Below, piece by piece: positions 24,771 through 37,500 of a stretch of DNA of 64,000 bases; position 1 is the stretch's first letter; the number at the start of each line of letters is the position of its first letter. The DNA lies in NCBI RefSeq assembly GCF_036669915.1, contig NC_089320.1, positions 15,851,874-15,915,873 of the forward strand, in the 5' to 3' direction. The notes beneath the pieces were generated by a model. That model was given only the letters and a program-made list of their open reading frames with translations, was not told where the DNA came from and did no database searches. A program made the position numbers and the translations under genes. This DNA is from Pocillopora verrucosa. Its lineage: Eukaryota.

Positions 24771-24898
24771 CTTTGTTGGCATCATTTCTGTTCGCTTCCA
24801 ATACGGTTACAATCTCTTTCTCCAGTTCTATCTTTCTCGGAGAAGATATTTCCGATTCGTTCACAAGGACTGGGATCTGGTACTGTGTCCCTATACAC
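24771..24898 (-). CDS. Adhesion-receptor exon 15: juxtamembrane extracellular segment (CIGTQYQIPVLVNESEISSPRKIELEKEIVTVLEANRNDANK)
   Basis: tttggcAG acceptor; AAAG|GTAAGA donor; phase 2/1. Confidence 0.65.
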
Positions 24899-25099
24899 CT
24901 GCCAAAAGAAAGAAAAGGGGATTCAGAAACTCGTATAAAATAAGAAAACCCTTAAACATTCCTTAAAATTAATTATTCTTTAAAGATTCTTCTCTATATT
25001 TGAACCAATACAAATCATTTCATTTGGTTCAATGTCAATCAACCCGATGCTTTCTTCTTAAGAAGCAAGCTATAAATACAAAATTTGTGTATTACTTAC

Positions 25100-25248
25100 C
25101 GGATGGAAGCTGAAATATAGGTCACGCACAATGTATCTCCCGTACAATCGCCACAAAGAGATACTTGCCGCTCACATAATGTCCCTGAAAATCCCACTGC
25201 ACATTGGCAAGTAAACGATGCTATTCCATCCTGACATGTACCTCCGTT
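25100..25248 (-). CDS. Adhesion-receptor exon 14: EGF-like domain (NGGTCQDGIASFTCQCAVGFSGTLCERQVSLCGDCTGDTLC…)
   Basis: ctctttAG acceptor; TCCG|GTAAGT donor; phase 0/2, completed by next exon (cg+g=R). Confidence 0.75.
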
Positions 25249-25794
25249 CTAAAGAGAGGAAAAAGAAACAAGGAAGAGAATCTATTAAAATCATATCAAG
25301 ACTTCCCTATGGTCTGTAAACGCTATGTGTCAGGAGAGGTTTATCTTACTGTAATATCGCTTAATATCGCTGTCATATCGCATAAGAATAGATGATCATT
25401 AAGGGAACGAGAATGAGATGGCAAAGATTATTTAAATCACTAACGTTGAATTAAAAAATTTAGGTTCAATATGTCCAGATGTGCAAAAACGTAACATCAC
25501 TCCTTTGAAGGATCTTCGCTTAGCCTCATGCACTGCGCGCGTGTCCAGGGACCGAATCCGCCATTTTCATTGAAACGATCACTGCTTTTTGTCTTTGCTT
25601 GTGATTCTAAATTTAGGTTTATCCTTGCAAATTTATTTTCATTCCCTTTTAACGTAATCAGTGCTGTATTTCGATTCACTTTTATACTGCTTTGAACGCA
25701 TAATCGTGAGAAAAGCTTTGTTCTCTTAGTAAGATACGCAAAACAGAGGCGCGATTGACTATAGGGACATTTAGTCGAAGGTCGCTTCACTCAC

Positions 25795-25970
25795 CTGACA
25801 CTCGATCCCTTGGCATTCATCTATGTTTTTTCACAATGGACACCTGTGTAACCGGACATGCACTGGCAGTTGTAGCCGTCAATCACGTCAAGACAGCTTC
25901 CACCGTTGTAACATAAAGGACAATCTTTGATGTTTGGGCAGACACCACTGCTGTTACAATCTAAACATAA
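25795..25970 (-). CDS. Adhesion-receptor exon 13: EGF-like modules (DCNSSGVCPNIKDCPLCYNGGSCLDVIDGYNCQCMSGYTGVHCE[K]NIDECQGIECQ) with an apparent 1-nt frameshift in an A6 run
   Basis: tgtttAG acceptor; GTCAG|GTGAGT donor; EGF C-x-C-x-x-G-Y-x-G-x-x-C-E and DxDEC motifs are split between two frames at gaaaaaacat (25824-25833). Confidence 0.45.
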
Positions 25971-26204
25971 GGAAAGAAGAAAGCCGATAGTTTCAGGATA
26001 TGCGTTGAATTGCGCCTGTGTAGTTAAGCTATCTTCATTAATTGTAAATTTACTTCATCCCTCGAAATCGTGTGTCTTGCTTTTACTAGGTAATTCAAAT
26101 GTATTCACAACAATCAGAGTGGTAGCCCAAGACACATTTCACATATCAAACTTTACCTGTGATAACAACTTGGAGTGATTTCCCTATGAAGTGAAGTGGT
26201 TTAC

Positions 26205-26548
26205 TGACTTGATAACAGCTGAAGTGAACATGCACAGTTCCATTAGACTCTTTGAAGTCACTGTATGCAATGGGACCTTGGTAATAAGGCGACCCCGATC
26301 ATCGAGTCTAAACAATGCGCTCACGTTCCTCTGAAGCTGGGGAACGACCAAGTTGTTCTCAGGAGTGCCCACTTTACATTCATAATCAACATTCCTGCCG
26401 TAATCATTGCAGCAGCGTTGTTTACCACAAGAAAGTAACGGTGATGATGAATCTTCGATATGTAACTGACCCACAGTAGTGCCCATTGGTTGATTTTCAT
26501 TAACAGTGTGAGGATTCAAACAAATGTCCACTGGATGAGGTCTATCAT
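26205..26548 (-). CDS. Adhesion-receptor exon 12: atypical Cys-containing cadherin-like repeat (DDRPHPVDICLNPHTVNENQPMGTTVGQLHIED…FRLDDRGRLITKV…); boundaries tentative
   Basis: gattttAG acceptor; candidate TCA|GTAAAC donor; phase relation to neighbours is not fully consistent, so an exon may be missing. Confidence 0.4.
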
Positions 26549-27099
26549 CTAAAATCGAGGTAAAAAGGGAAAAAAAGTTGAAAATTTTTATTAAAATAAG
26601 CACAAATGGCCACCTTAAACTATCAAAAACTTTAAGTGGCTCTGAACCATATTTACAGGTTGTTCTTAGCTTTTCAAGGAGATAAATAGTAATGTGGTGA
26701 TAGAAATTCAGCAAATAGGGTTCATTGCGCATGCTTTCAAAATGCAGACACGCACAGCTTCAATTAAAGATCCTGTTTAGGAGGCTTTAGTTTGCTAAGG
26801 TAGCTTTTCGTGCCAAAATAATGAAAACTTGTTGAGAAATAATTTCACATTGTTTTAATACCAATTCCAAGGAAAGAAAGTTAAAGTGTGGAAACAAGGA
26901 TCCATCAAAGAATATCTGATTTCAATCGACAAATCCATTTTGAGCCTCTTTAATTGAATTTCTGAAAATCTTGCTAAGCAAAAGTCCAGCTGGTTACACA
27001 CAAAAACTGTTTCCCAAAAATATATATTCATAATCTCACCTATAATTCTCACATAGAAGGATTTCCTGACTGGCGCAGACATGTTGCCTTTACTGATGA

Positions 27100-27344
27100 T
27101 TGCAATTGGAAATCAAAGCTTCCTCTGCGCTTGACACGTAAAAATCTAGACCATCCTTCTTAGCGACCACTAGCCTGTCTCCGATTATACTAAAAGGTAA
27201 TTGTGCCTCATCTACGAGTTCATACACAAATGTTTCCCCTGGATTCGTGGTCATTGTTGTCAAGGTGCCAACCAAGGAACCACTGATGGCTGTGATGGAC
27301 ACTTCACTAGGTTGAAGTAAAATTTTCATCTGTCGGCTGATACT
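27100..27344 (-). CDS. Adhesion-receptor exon 11: cadherin-like segment (SISRQMKILLQPSEVSITAISGSLVGTLT…FSIIGDRLVVAKKDGLDFY…); 3' (low-coordinate) boundary unresolved
   Basis: tgtctcAG acceptor at 27345-27346 in phase 0; open frame runs to TAA at ~27090 with no clean phase-compatible donor identified. Confidence 0.4.
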
Positions 27345-27707
27345 CTGAGACAAACACGAATAAAAAGTATACAACAACGAGTAAAGGTATGCAACGTAAA
27401 CAATAAAAAAATTTTATCTTTGATAATAACCCTTTAACCCCTAAGAGAGTCTGGCTTCTAGTTTCTCCCTACAGTTCTTCCCTTGTGTCAAATGAAAAAG
27501 TTATGGGAATGAAAGAAATGATCACCAATTTGAGAAGCTCGCGATTATCAAACAAATTCTCCTTGTCAGTGCCATGGAAAGTATAAAAGGAGCAGTGTGG
27601 AGAATATGTTTTAAAACGCTTGGGTGCAAAGGGTTGACAAGCACGATCTGGAAAACTTGACAAAATGCTGAGGGATAATCATTCACGATAATTTATTTGC
27701 ATCATAC

Positions 27708-27851
27708 CTGAAATAACAATGGTACATTCAAGACAGCAGATAAAGGAGCGGTCTTGATGTACTTGTATCCCATGGGGGAGAAACTTGAAATAATGATGCC
27801 ATCATCCTTTACTTCTACGCCTATTGTGAAATTTTGGGCTTGGGATCTATC
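27708..27851 (-). CDS. Adhesion-receptor exon 10: cadherin repeat continuation (DRSQAQNFTIGVEVKDDGIIISSFSPMGYKYIKTAPLSAVLNVPLLFQ)
   Basis: ttttcAG acceptor; CAG|GTATGA donor; 48 codons phase 0/0. Confidence 0.7.
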
Positions 27852-28377
27852 CTGAAAAAGTAAGACAATCGGCAAGGAAAAAGAAAGAAATGAGAGGAAC
27901 AACATGGAAGGCGTTTATCAAATACATAAATGACGGATGTAACTCTATGGAGACCTTGAAATGTACATGATCCACCGAAAATACGCACCGAGTAAACGTG
28001 TACATTTAGTCGGCATAGAGGTAATCACACGATTTCGAGTGAAATTTGGAATAAATAAGCACAAGTAAATTTTTTCAAAGACTAACAAAATTGCTCGAGC
28101 CCGTAGAGTTATTCAGTCTGGTTTGTTACTTCTTTGCACTGAGTTAACCCTCTTCTGCAGTGAATCACTGCAGTGAAAATTGCATTTATCTTAACCAATC
28201 AGAACTGAGTACTTTTTTCATGTATCTTGTTATTAAGGAAAAAGGTGAGGTCCTTTTCGAACCAAGTGGCCCATCCAGCCGGAGCTTATTAAAGAGATAA
28301 ACTGGTGTGTCCACATCAAGGGAGGAGGAATGCCGTAAAATCGTAATAACAGGATATCATTTGTACATCATACTCAC

Positions 28378-28619
28378 TGCACTCTTGAAAAGACTATCAG
28401 TTTTTATTCCAAACGGCCAAGAATTTTGTTGAGGGCTTAAGGAGTATGTCAGTTGTTGTTTATTCCTGATGATTACACTCTGGTTTGAAGGGTCATTTTG
28501 GATGGCAATTTCGTTATCAGGATCATCTCCCTGTAGCATTGCAATCACAGCACCAATTGATGTCTTCATACTAATGATTATGGGTGCACTGCACAGTCCT
28601 GTTGGGGCCTCATTCACAT
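28378..28619 (-). CDS. Adhesion-receptor exon 9: cadherin repeat (DVNEAPTGLCSAPIIISMKTSIGAVIAMLQGDDPDNEIAIQ…)
   Basis: ctcttcAG acceptor; GCA|GTGAGT donor; phase 1/0. Confidence 0.8.
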
Positions 28620-29293
28620 CTGAAGAGAAATCATACCAAAAAAGAAAAATTTTTAACTGACTGCTGACAGGATTTCAGAATAAATAACTTCATGAGGGGT
28701 GTTTATGCAGAGAAGAAGAAGAAGGATTAAATCCAAATATATGCATAGACCCAAAAATTTAGAGTGATTATATCGAAGATCACCGGGATTAAAAAATAGA
28801 ATTGTTTTTGTGAGTATACATGAAGTGTTTTCGACAGTTTATAAAGGAAACCACACAAAGTCAACCTCTTTGATAGATAGATCTATGAGGCTCGTTGGTA
28901 AACTTGGCCTGTGCCGTGCTCTCGGACGGTGGAAACAAGTGAAAATAGCATGCACGAAAACCGTTTCCCTGACAACCACGACTGCTGTTCGTCGTTCCCA
29001 CACTCTCTGACTCGCCTGCATGGGCTGAAGGACTGGAAGAGAGTACGGTAACCTTCACTGGAATAACAGGTCAAATTTGTCTCCCGTTATTTTCACCGAA
29101 AGGCAGTCCCACAACTGAAAAACCATTTTCTCAAGAACTTGAAAGAGAAAACAGAGGCCAGTGGAAAAAAGGTCGTCCATTATAGAAAACCTGATCAATT
29201 GGTTTTCTTACTTTGAGGAACTTTACCAACAAACCTCGACCTTAGTTTCCTGCCTTACGTCCAAACATGTTAAGAGTTGATCGGCTAGCTTAC

Positions 29294-29617
29294 CTTTGAC
29301 AAAAATAGTAAACAACTGCGTCCTAAATAGACTGTCGGCCACAATGTCACTGCAGTTAATCCAAATATCTAAACTGTGGTGAGCTTCGAAATTCAACCCA
29401 CTTAGTGTTTTGAGGTTTAATGAAGCATCCACAGTGAAAAACTTGCTTGTCCTCCCAGAATCAAAATTTCCATTCACGACACGGTCGTGCACTGTACAAC
29501 GATGCCGCTGACCAATGTCTGGGTCATCTACTGTAACTCTACCAACCACTGTATCGGGTTCATTCTCATATACAGAGGTGGCGCTCAAAGTGATATCTGA
29601 TGGGGCCTCATTCACAT
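29294..29617 (-). CDS. Adhesion-receptor exon 8: cadherin repeat (DVNEAPSDITLSATSVYENEPDTVVGRVTVDDPDIGQ…)
   Basis: ttctAG acceptor; AAAG|GTAAGC donor; phase 1/1. Confidence 0.85.
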
Positions 29618-29946
29618 CTAGAATTAAGATACAAGTGAAAAATATTAGCACAGAAGGAAACTACTCTACCATGACAACCATACAATGTAATGACGGAGAA
29701 ATTCTGTCTTGGTCACTCGTGGGAGTTAAGTGTTAACGGTGCGGGAATAAAGGCGGACAATGAAAAGGTGCTGCATAATAATCTACTATGCTAAATGGAT
29801 TTTGATGAGAATATGGCTAACCTAAACTTGTGACAAAATCTATGCTTCGAGCTTCCAACAGCTCGATCAACTCAAGTGGATAAAACCAAATATACTAAAG
29901 AGAAAAAAAGTAAGTTATACCATAATGACCAAGCCTGTGCACTCAC

Positions 29947-30249
29947 CCATAACTTTAATGGTAAACGTTTTTGCTATGAACATTCCATGACCATCAGAAC
30001 AATTCAATTTAATACTGAAGTATTTAGTGGATGGCAGTTGAGCTGATTCGTAATCTGTCATAGTAGGTCCTGCAACCAGATTTGTGCCCACAACTCTGAC
30101 ACGCCCACCAGCGTCATCCAATAGTCTACAGGTAGGAAAGTCACCATCTTGGTCTGTCAGTATTATGGAACTAATGAGCACTCTTTCGGCGCTGTTCTCT
30201 TTCATTGATGGAGTTTCAAGAGAAAGGTTGCTGGGTGGATCATTGACAT
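29947..30249 (-). CDS. Adhesion-receptor exon 7: cadherin repeat (DVNDPPSNLSLETPSMKENSAERVLISSIILTDQDGD…)
   Basis: caacAG acceptor; ATGG|GTGAGT donor; phase 1/1. Confidence 0.85.
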
Positions 30250-30654
30250 CTGTTGATGTGAGCACAAAGTGATTGGAAAGTGTTTGATTCAAGATGATGA
30301 GGTCGTAGGAAGCAAGGGTAAACAAAATCATCATAGTCGAATGTCAGAAGTAATCCATGAATATAAATATATTCAAAATATTTTAACTTTGGACACTTCC
30401 TTCCCTGAGTAGTTTCACAAACCTTAGAGGCAAAATTCATGTTTGTTTTGGCTTGGGCTTGTGCAGGCCTTTTGGCCTGAAAGGAGGATGGGGTTGGGAG
30501 GGTGGGGAGAAAAGAGAAAGAGATGGAGAGCAGAGACAGACTTAAGGTTTCCCAGGAAAAGCTTGCTTACCCTCATCTTTCATCAGCCATCTTTTACAAT
30601 AAAACGTGTGACACTCTCAGTTGAAAATCGAACATTTCTTAAAAAAGAACTTAC

Positions 30655-30954
30655 CATTAATGATTATCTTGAAGGTTTTCTCTACAAAAAGTCCTCCACT
30701 ATCTGTAGCCCTTATAATGACCAAGACAATGGGATTCGTTTCATGATCCAAAGGACCATTTACGAGGAGCACTCTGTTCTTATCTCCTCCAATAGCAAAT
30801 GGTACACCAACAGGTCCCATGATGGTGTAGGTGTGGACACCTCCAGGTTGGTCTGGATCCTCTGAGGAAAGGCTACCCACAGGAGTACCCAAGGGAGAGT
30901 TTTCATCCACTTTTGTACTAGACAATGTCAGGTTGACAGGAGCCTCATTGACAT
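30655..30954 (-). CDS. Adhesion-receptor exon 6: cadherin repeat (DVNEAPVNLTLSSTKVDENSPLGTPVGSLSSEDPDQPG…IRATDSGGLFVEKTFKIIIN)
   Basis: ttcttcAG acceptor; AATG|GTAAGT donor; phase 1/1; textbook cadherin repeat. Confidence 0.85.
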
Positions 30955-31039
30955 CTGAAGAATATCACATGCATGATACATGGTTGGCTATACATTTGTA
31001 TGAGTGTTAAGTGGTTGATAGGTGGGTAAACTGCTGAAT

Positions 31040-31450
31040 GGGTTCATAAAACAGAGAAGATGGAACTGAAGGAAGGAAATGAAAGAGAGGAGGAGAAGAA
31101 GAGAGTTTGATGGTAGGGAAGGGAGGGATGGGAAGTAGGAGGGATGGAAAGGTGAAATCACATAACCAAGCAAAAACAGAATCAAGAAGGCAGAAGAAAA
31201 TCAGAAGGTGGAGAAAGAGGAAGGAAGAGAAGCAGGATGGAAGGTGGGAAGGAGAGACATAGAGAGGGGCAGAGGGGCTAACAAGTGAATAAGCACATAA
31301 GAAAGCAAATGACTGACTGTACAAAAAATGGCATAAACAAAGAAACAAACCAAAGAACAAAAATAGACGCAAAAGAAAGAGAGACAGGTTGGGATGAAGA
31401 AGGAAATGAATGGAGAGAATGCAGAAAGAAAAGAAGGTGAGTGGAACAAC
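31040..31450. repeat. Purine-rich (GA/GGAA-type) low-complexity tract in adhesion-gene intron; source of several spurious minus-strand ORFs
   Basis: …gaaggaaggaaatgaaagagaggaggagaagaagagag…ggaaggtgggaaggagagacatagagagg…. Confidence 0.8.
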
Positions 31451-31464
31451 CATTCACCACTCAC

Positions 31465-31702
31465 CTTTCACTGATAAAACAAAGCTAGCTGACAGTGACT
31501 TGGGTGGATGCCCAGTATCAGTACATATCACAGTAAATGAAAGAGTTTTTATGTTCTCATAATCAATCTGTTGGGCTCCCTTCACTTTCAACACAAGTTG
31601 TGTGCTAATAATGAAATAACTTTCATCCCTGGGCTGGCTGACACTAAATAAACATTTGTGATACTGATGTGATGGTGACTTGGCATTGTCTGGGTCAGTG
31701 AC
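31465..31702 (-). CDS. Adhesion-receptor exon 5: cadherin repeat (VTDPDNAKSP…FVLSVK)
   Basis: ccttAG acceptor; AAAG|GTGAGT donor; phase 0/1. Confidence 0.75.
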
Positions 31703-32418
31703 CTAAGGAAAAGCAAATAAACAATCATTATAAATCAATATTTAAGACTGATCTGCATCAAGAATTGAAATCTTGGCTCTGGTATGTAAGATCTTTCCGT
31801 GAAAGATTACATGGCACTAAGTACTATCATTCACAAGTACCCTCATTGTCCTCAGGATGTACATAACAACTCAGTAAATGCAGATAGAAAGGTTGTGACT
31901 GTATACTGCTATTTAAGTCTTGATCAGGCTTACTGGTTATGTGAAACCTTTACAGCACAATGCTTCCATGTAATTGGTCAGTATTCAACAGCCGTGCTTG
32001 TTACACGTACCTTCTCTATACTTAACCTATGACATTTCATGATCTATTCAAAAATGACTGCAAACTAAAATTCACTTTACTACTACATAAACAAAATTGT
32101 TCTAAAGGTACTTGACAAACAAAATTAAGCTGTGAGCAACTAGAGGTTAAGGACATCATAAGACTGAGAACTGATTATGATTATGCTCTAAGTGTAAAAT
32201 GGGGTATGAAAAAGGGCAAATTGCCCATGATCCATGGAATTGACTTCTGCAAAATATCATATCATCTCCAAAGCAAGATGAAACCTTACAATCAAGTCAC
32301 CATTATACTTTGTTTGCAGATATAGATCCCCTGTTTGATGTTCCACAGTTGTTAAAGTACAAAATATGACAGCCAATTATAAAAAAAAAAACAACAACAA
32401 CAGCAAAGGAAGACATAC

Positions 32419-33557
32419 CACAAACTGTCCAATGACTGTCCCAGCAACAGAATTTTCCAACACAGTGTGTGACCCTGTCAGATTGATAGCTGTTGGAGCC
32501 TCATTATCATCAATAATTTCAATGTTGAAAGTCTTGAACACCTGTGTTTGAGAATCATTAGCTTTGACGTTCAGCTTGTACCATGATTTCTCCTCATAAT
32601 TCAAAGGAGCTTTTACTGTGACATTCACTTTGCACTCTTTCTCTGTTCCTTGTCCATTATATGCACACTGGACATTAGCTATGTCAAATTTATTCAATGT
32701 CATTACATCTGATTGGCTGACGTCAAAGGAGATGTCATCACCATCCTTGTCAATTGCAACAAGTTGACCCACAGTTGTGTTCACAGGAGCTGTTTCATGC
32801 ACAGTGGAACTTGTCAGCATTAAAGCTTGTGGGACATCATTGACATTTATCACATTTATAATGAAATCTTCTGTGGTTTGTTCTATTGGGTTTCCAAAGT
32901 CTGAACATCTAACAGTTATCTTGTTCAATCCTGGTAACAAATTCTGGGCAACTATAATCTTATTCACAGTCATACCAAATTTTCCGCTTGCATCGTTAAT
33001 TAACTCCCACTTAAAGTTTGAATGGAGATGAGTGTTTGGTGGGTCGTCTCCATCTACTGCTGTCAGCTCTCCTATCACTTTTCCTATAGTTGCATTCTCA
33101 AAGACAACAGAATTTGACAGTGTGACTTGCTTGGGAGGATCATTCACATTCTGTATTGTGATCTGAAAAGTCTTCTCCAGCCACATGGGAGGCATTCCAT
33201 CATCTGTCACTCTTATTTTTACTGCTAAATAATGGCCTTGGCTTAAAGACACATTCCCATTTAAAACTGGATTGTCCCATATGTTTATCAATTTATCTCC
33301 TTGAGCCACAAGAAGCTCATTGGGTTGTTGAACTGTATACATAAAAGTCTGTCCTGGCTGTGCATCATGGGAACTTAAAGTTCCAATAATGGTGTTTATA
33401 GGTGCATGTTCTAAAAGAACAGTCCCATTTAGCAGTAAGTCTCTAGGAGGATCATTTGTACGTCTGCAATAGTAATCGCTAATATCACTATCCAGTACAT
33501 CCCAGACATTTGAGGTCTGCCATTTTCGCGTTTTCTGGCAAGTTAGAGTGGAAGTCA
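32419..33557 (-). CDS. Adhesion-receptor exon 4: ~3.5 cadherin repeats (…DPPRDLLLNGTVLLEHAPINTIIGTL… VNDPPK… VNDVPQ… DDNEAPT…)
   Basis: ctcttcAG acceptor (phase 1); GTG|GTATGT donor; repeated cadherin 'x(V)NDxxP' linkers and DxD/DxNDN motifs. Confidence 0.8.
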
Positions 33558-33776
33558 CTGAAGAGAAGTCAACTTTAGAATAATCCTCACCAAATTATTT
33601 GTTTGGCTGTGTAAAAATCTTTGCAAGTGCATAGTTCTGAGAACAGGTTAAAGAACATTGTTCATTATAAGTTGTTCCTTGCAAACAGTCAATGTTAACT
33701 TGGTGACAAACTGAAGAGATGTGGTCACTGTAAGAATCTTGTGGGCATGAATTGAAAAGTGAGGCAGGGCTGTTAC

Positions 33777-33929
33777 AATCAAAGGCATGACATGTTTTGT
33801 GATCACTGGTAAGATAATATCCAGAAGGGCACTCGCATTTATACCAGCCAGCATGGTTTGTACAGATGTGACTGCATGGACCCTTGCCACTATTTGGTGC
33901 ACACTCATCGATGTCATAACATTTGCTAC
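33777..33929 (-). CDS. Adhesion-receptor exon 3: calcium-binding EGF domain (CYDIDECAPNSGKGPCSHICTNHAGWYKCECPSGYYLTSDHKTCHAFD)
   Basis: gttgatAG acceptor; donor T|GTAACAG exactly at the domain end, phase 1/1; D-I-D-E-C cbEGF consensus. Confidence 0.65.
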
Positions 33930-34336
33930 CTATCAACATTTAAAAGAAAAAAAAAATGTAAAAACTAATAACATAAGTATGTTTAAGGAATCAACAACAA
34001 ATTTTTGTCATTTACTTCTTTGTGCTTAGCCCTTCACACCCTGACATGAGTATGCATATTCTCCATACTGTTCTCTGCATCTGGTACTTTGTGTTTGCTA
34101 CATTTTCTGTAAGGTACTGACAATAAGAATTTACTTAATGATCAAGGACTTCTTTCAATGGGGATCACATCCTCTTAACAACACCTTAATTTGTTAACTG
34201 TGAAGTCTACTTCAGCAGACAATACAAGCCTTACTAATTCCCACTATAATGCATTAAGTCCACTTAATGCACAAGTGCATGAAGACACAATTTAAATAAG
34301 CTGGGGAAAAACAAAGGCAAAAATTTGAGTCTGTAC

Positions 34337-34537
34337 CTGATTTTGTGTAGCCGGATTGACAAGAGCAGAACCCATTGTTACAATAATGATCACATCCTCC
34401 ATTGATTATACCACATGGTCTTTGTTCAGACAAATGATAACATGTGCCTCCCCAGCTAGCAGCAGTTGTGACGGTACGTGTCCTTGTTTGGGTTCCAATG
34501 TGGCACTGCTGTGAACAGGTGCTCCATGAGCTCCATC
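34337..34537 (-). CDS. Adhesion-receptor exon 2: thrombospondin type-1 repeat (GWSSWSTCSQQCHIGTQTRTRTV) + start of EGF-like module
   Basis: tttttttaacAG acceptor; TCAG|GTACAG donor; phase 1/1; WSxWSxCSxxCG..QTR.R consensus. Confidence 0.75.
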
Positions 34538-37500
34538 CTGTTAAAAAAATAAATTTTATTTCATTCGTCTTCAATTTCAACCACTTGTATTGATGTTTTA
34601 ATCATTTCTTTCTTAGAAAATGCCTAACAAAATGAGAATTGTCTCATGACAAAACATTTGCTAAGGGAATCAAGAGAGAAGATTCTGCTACATTTTCTGA
34701 GTGTTTGCAAGAAAGTTCATCACTGACAACCTGAGTAGCACAAAGCAACTTTTGCAGATAATAAGCCCTTTGCCCTGGACATGTAACTTTAGTTTGCAAT
34801 TTCCCCATAGTGTTCTGGCTCTGTACATTTTCTATGTTACTTCTAAGGAGAATTTGTCTAACAATCAAGAGTGGGGTGGTATTGTTGGGAGAAATTAGGA
34901 GCTTGCCACTCTTAGGGGCTAAAGGACTCATGATAGAAGATGCTGGTCCATCACAGGAGCACTGTAAGCCACATACCATTTTAATTAACATGCTTTTAGA
35001 AAAGTTTTTCATAAGCATTAATTAAATCATATAACCCTAGTAGAGACAATCTCTGAGAGAGTGAGGTGTATGACTGAATTTCATTGTTTGACACCTGACA
35101 AAATGCAGCTCTTGATAAGTCTCTAAAATTGAGAAAAATGACTGCTTCTTCGCGCCTGTCCACTGTACTACTTGTAATATGTTCCATATTCTACATCACT
35201 TCCAGATACAATGAGCATTACAAATATTACCACAATAATTGTGGTAATATTTGTAATGTAATTTCAATTATTGAATCAGGGTATATTTACAGTAATGCTA
35301 AAATGCAATACATCAAAGTGTATGAGGAAGATGCAAAGGTTCACTAGTGCTGCTAATCAAACAGAAAATTTGAAAGTAGAAATCTTAACTTATTTCTTTA
35401 AAAATTCCACAAATTGAAATTCATAACGAATTAAAACTTTAAAACAATAGCAACCAGCATGAGGAAAACACTTTCTTTACTTTCTTTGCTTCATGATCAT
35501 GCTTCATTCTTCTTTGCCATAAATTTGATTGTCAAGTTACAAGAGTGCTACCAAATAAAAGGACTTGGGCTAAAGATGGTGAGGAGGCTCATGAGAAAGC
35601 AAAGGGCTTTTTAAAAAGATGGGCTCCCTCAAGCAAATATAATAATCACAGATTATTAAGATTGAATGATGAAAAACCACTAGCAGAGCAGAATTGAGAA
35701 GTGCTAAAAATTTCATTTTAACTTTCTTATTTGTTTAAAGCATAATATGCCTACAAAATTAATAACATTAAAAAAAACTTTTGGCTGCATTAAAATTACA
35801 ACATCTGACACATACAGAGGCTCTAAAAATACTACTATTTAAATTCTGATCTGTTCAATTTTTTCCTCTGAAAATATTTGTAAAAGATTTAAATGAAACC
35901 AAACTTACAAGAATTCTATTTTTCTTCTAAACATGTACACCCATGAGCATGTTTGTAGAAATAATTGGTTCTTCAAATTTTTACTCAACATGGGAAAAGA
36001 GTTTAAGCTGCTAACTGCATAGAATATATAACTTGATGCCTATTAGGCCATGATCTAATTAGCAAATCATTCCATTGAAACAAAACAAGGTTCTTTTTAA
36101 TTCTTACACTTCATTGCTTTCATTGTCCACAAAAACAAAGGAGTTTCCTGTATACCTCTTGTTCAACATTTGTAATAGCTTGCTGCTATAAATGAAACAA
36201 AAGCTACAACTTGGACATCTTTATAGATTTCTTAAAATTTGTAGACCAGTCAAAGGGTAAATAATTGCATTAAACCAAGGTCTGTAAATTGTAAGAAAAT
36301 TGACAACTACTGAGTTGTTATTCAACATAAAACAACCCCTCCAAAAATAACACACAATGAATGTGACACAACGATTAATATATAAATTAGTGTTATTTAT
36401 CTACCTTTTAAAATGGATGATTCATTTTTTTAGCTATTCTTCAAAGAAGATTGACTATCATTATAACTCATTTCTTTTTAAGTGTGGTATATTTGCAATG
36501 ATGCTGTGACGAGAAAATGCAATATTTTACGCCCACACAGGATGACGTGTGCAACATTACATAACTGCTTATTGCTTAATGTAAACAAAACATCAAATTT
36601 ACTTGATTTTCTTATGCATTCAAGATAATTTACTTTTACATTTTTCTTTTATACATTTATGGCATGTCAATGAGAGTGAGCAAAAATTTATATTTCAGTA
36701 ATCCATTTGAAGTTGTACAAAACAATATTGACCTGTTTTGACAACCTCATCAAAACAAGCTATATTGTTTCAAACCACAATGAAGATCTTAGTTCTGTAC
36801 AGACGTCATACGTATATTTACTAGGGAAAGAACAAAGAATAATAAAGATTAAATCCTGAGATCTATAAAAATATTGCAAATTTAAGGAAAATTCTTTGTC
36901 ATTTACAAGGAAACACAAATATATGCTCTTGAAAATGAAATCCAAATACTGGTAAGAGCACTAAAAAAGTTCTTGTTAATTACTTCATTTGCTATTATTA
37001 GCTAATGAAAACAAAAACACTCCAAAGAGTTTGTGTTGTCATGCAAGCTCTATTGTCAGGTATCTAATTTTCAACTTGCTATGTGGAGGCTAAAATTATT
37101 GTAAGCAACATATGTGTCTTGTTGCTTTTCTTGCATATCAGAGAGTAATTATATATTAATCAAAAAACAAAAACAACATTGTAATTACCAAAAATAAATG
37201 AGCATTCTACATTGTCACTTTCAAGTGACGGGTCATTCAGTATGCAAATATACAACTATGGCTTTTGCTCCGTGTCCACTGTAGCAAAGGTTGACACTTC
37301 AACAGGGTACAGGGAAGTAAAGCTCTAGCTTGTGTGACAAATTGCAACAAATTTAAAACCAAAAGTTACACTTTTCCCTCAAATGAGAGAGAAGTAACAG
37401 CTCATTACCTGCACAAGAACGCTAAATTTATTTTAATAACCAGAAAGGTCTCGTCAATTCTTTACCAATTCCCTTCACATCGATTGATGCCACCAAAATC

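Noticed and set aside
28861-29074. Minus-strand ORFs between two cadherin exons with an acceptor-like site (VKVTVLSSSPSAHAGESE…)
   Set aside because: The flanking cadherin exons (29294-29617 and 28378-28619) join directly in phase (…FVK|DVNEAPTG…). The segment has no cadherin motifs and ends in a stop.
30988-31464. Four overlapping minus-strand ORFs (60-148 aa, Ser/Pro/Leu/Phe-rich)
   Set aside because: They are translations of a GA/GGAA purine-rich low-complexity intronic tract. They have no start context or splice logic and are compositionally biased.
33595-33600. In-frame TAA between the cbEGF ORF and the cadherin ORF, which are in the same frame. This looked like a premature stop or readthrough site.
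   Set aside because: A phase-1 donor (T|GTAACAG at 33776-33775) exactly at the end of the cbEGF domain joins in frame to the phase-1 acceptor at 33558. The TAA therefore lies in a ~220-nt intron.
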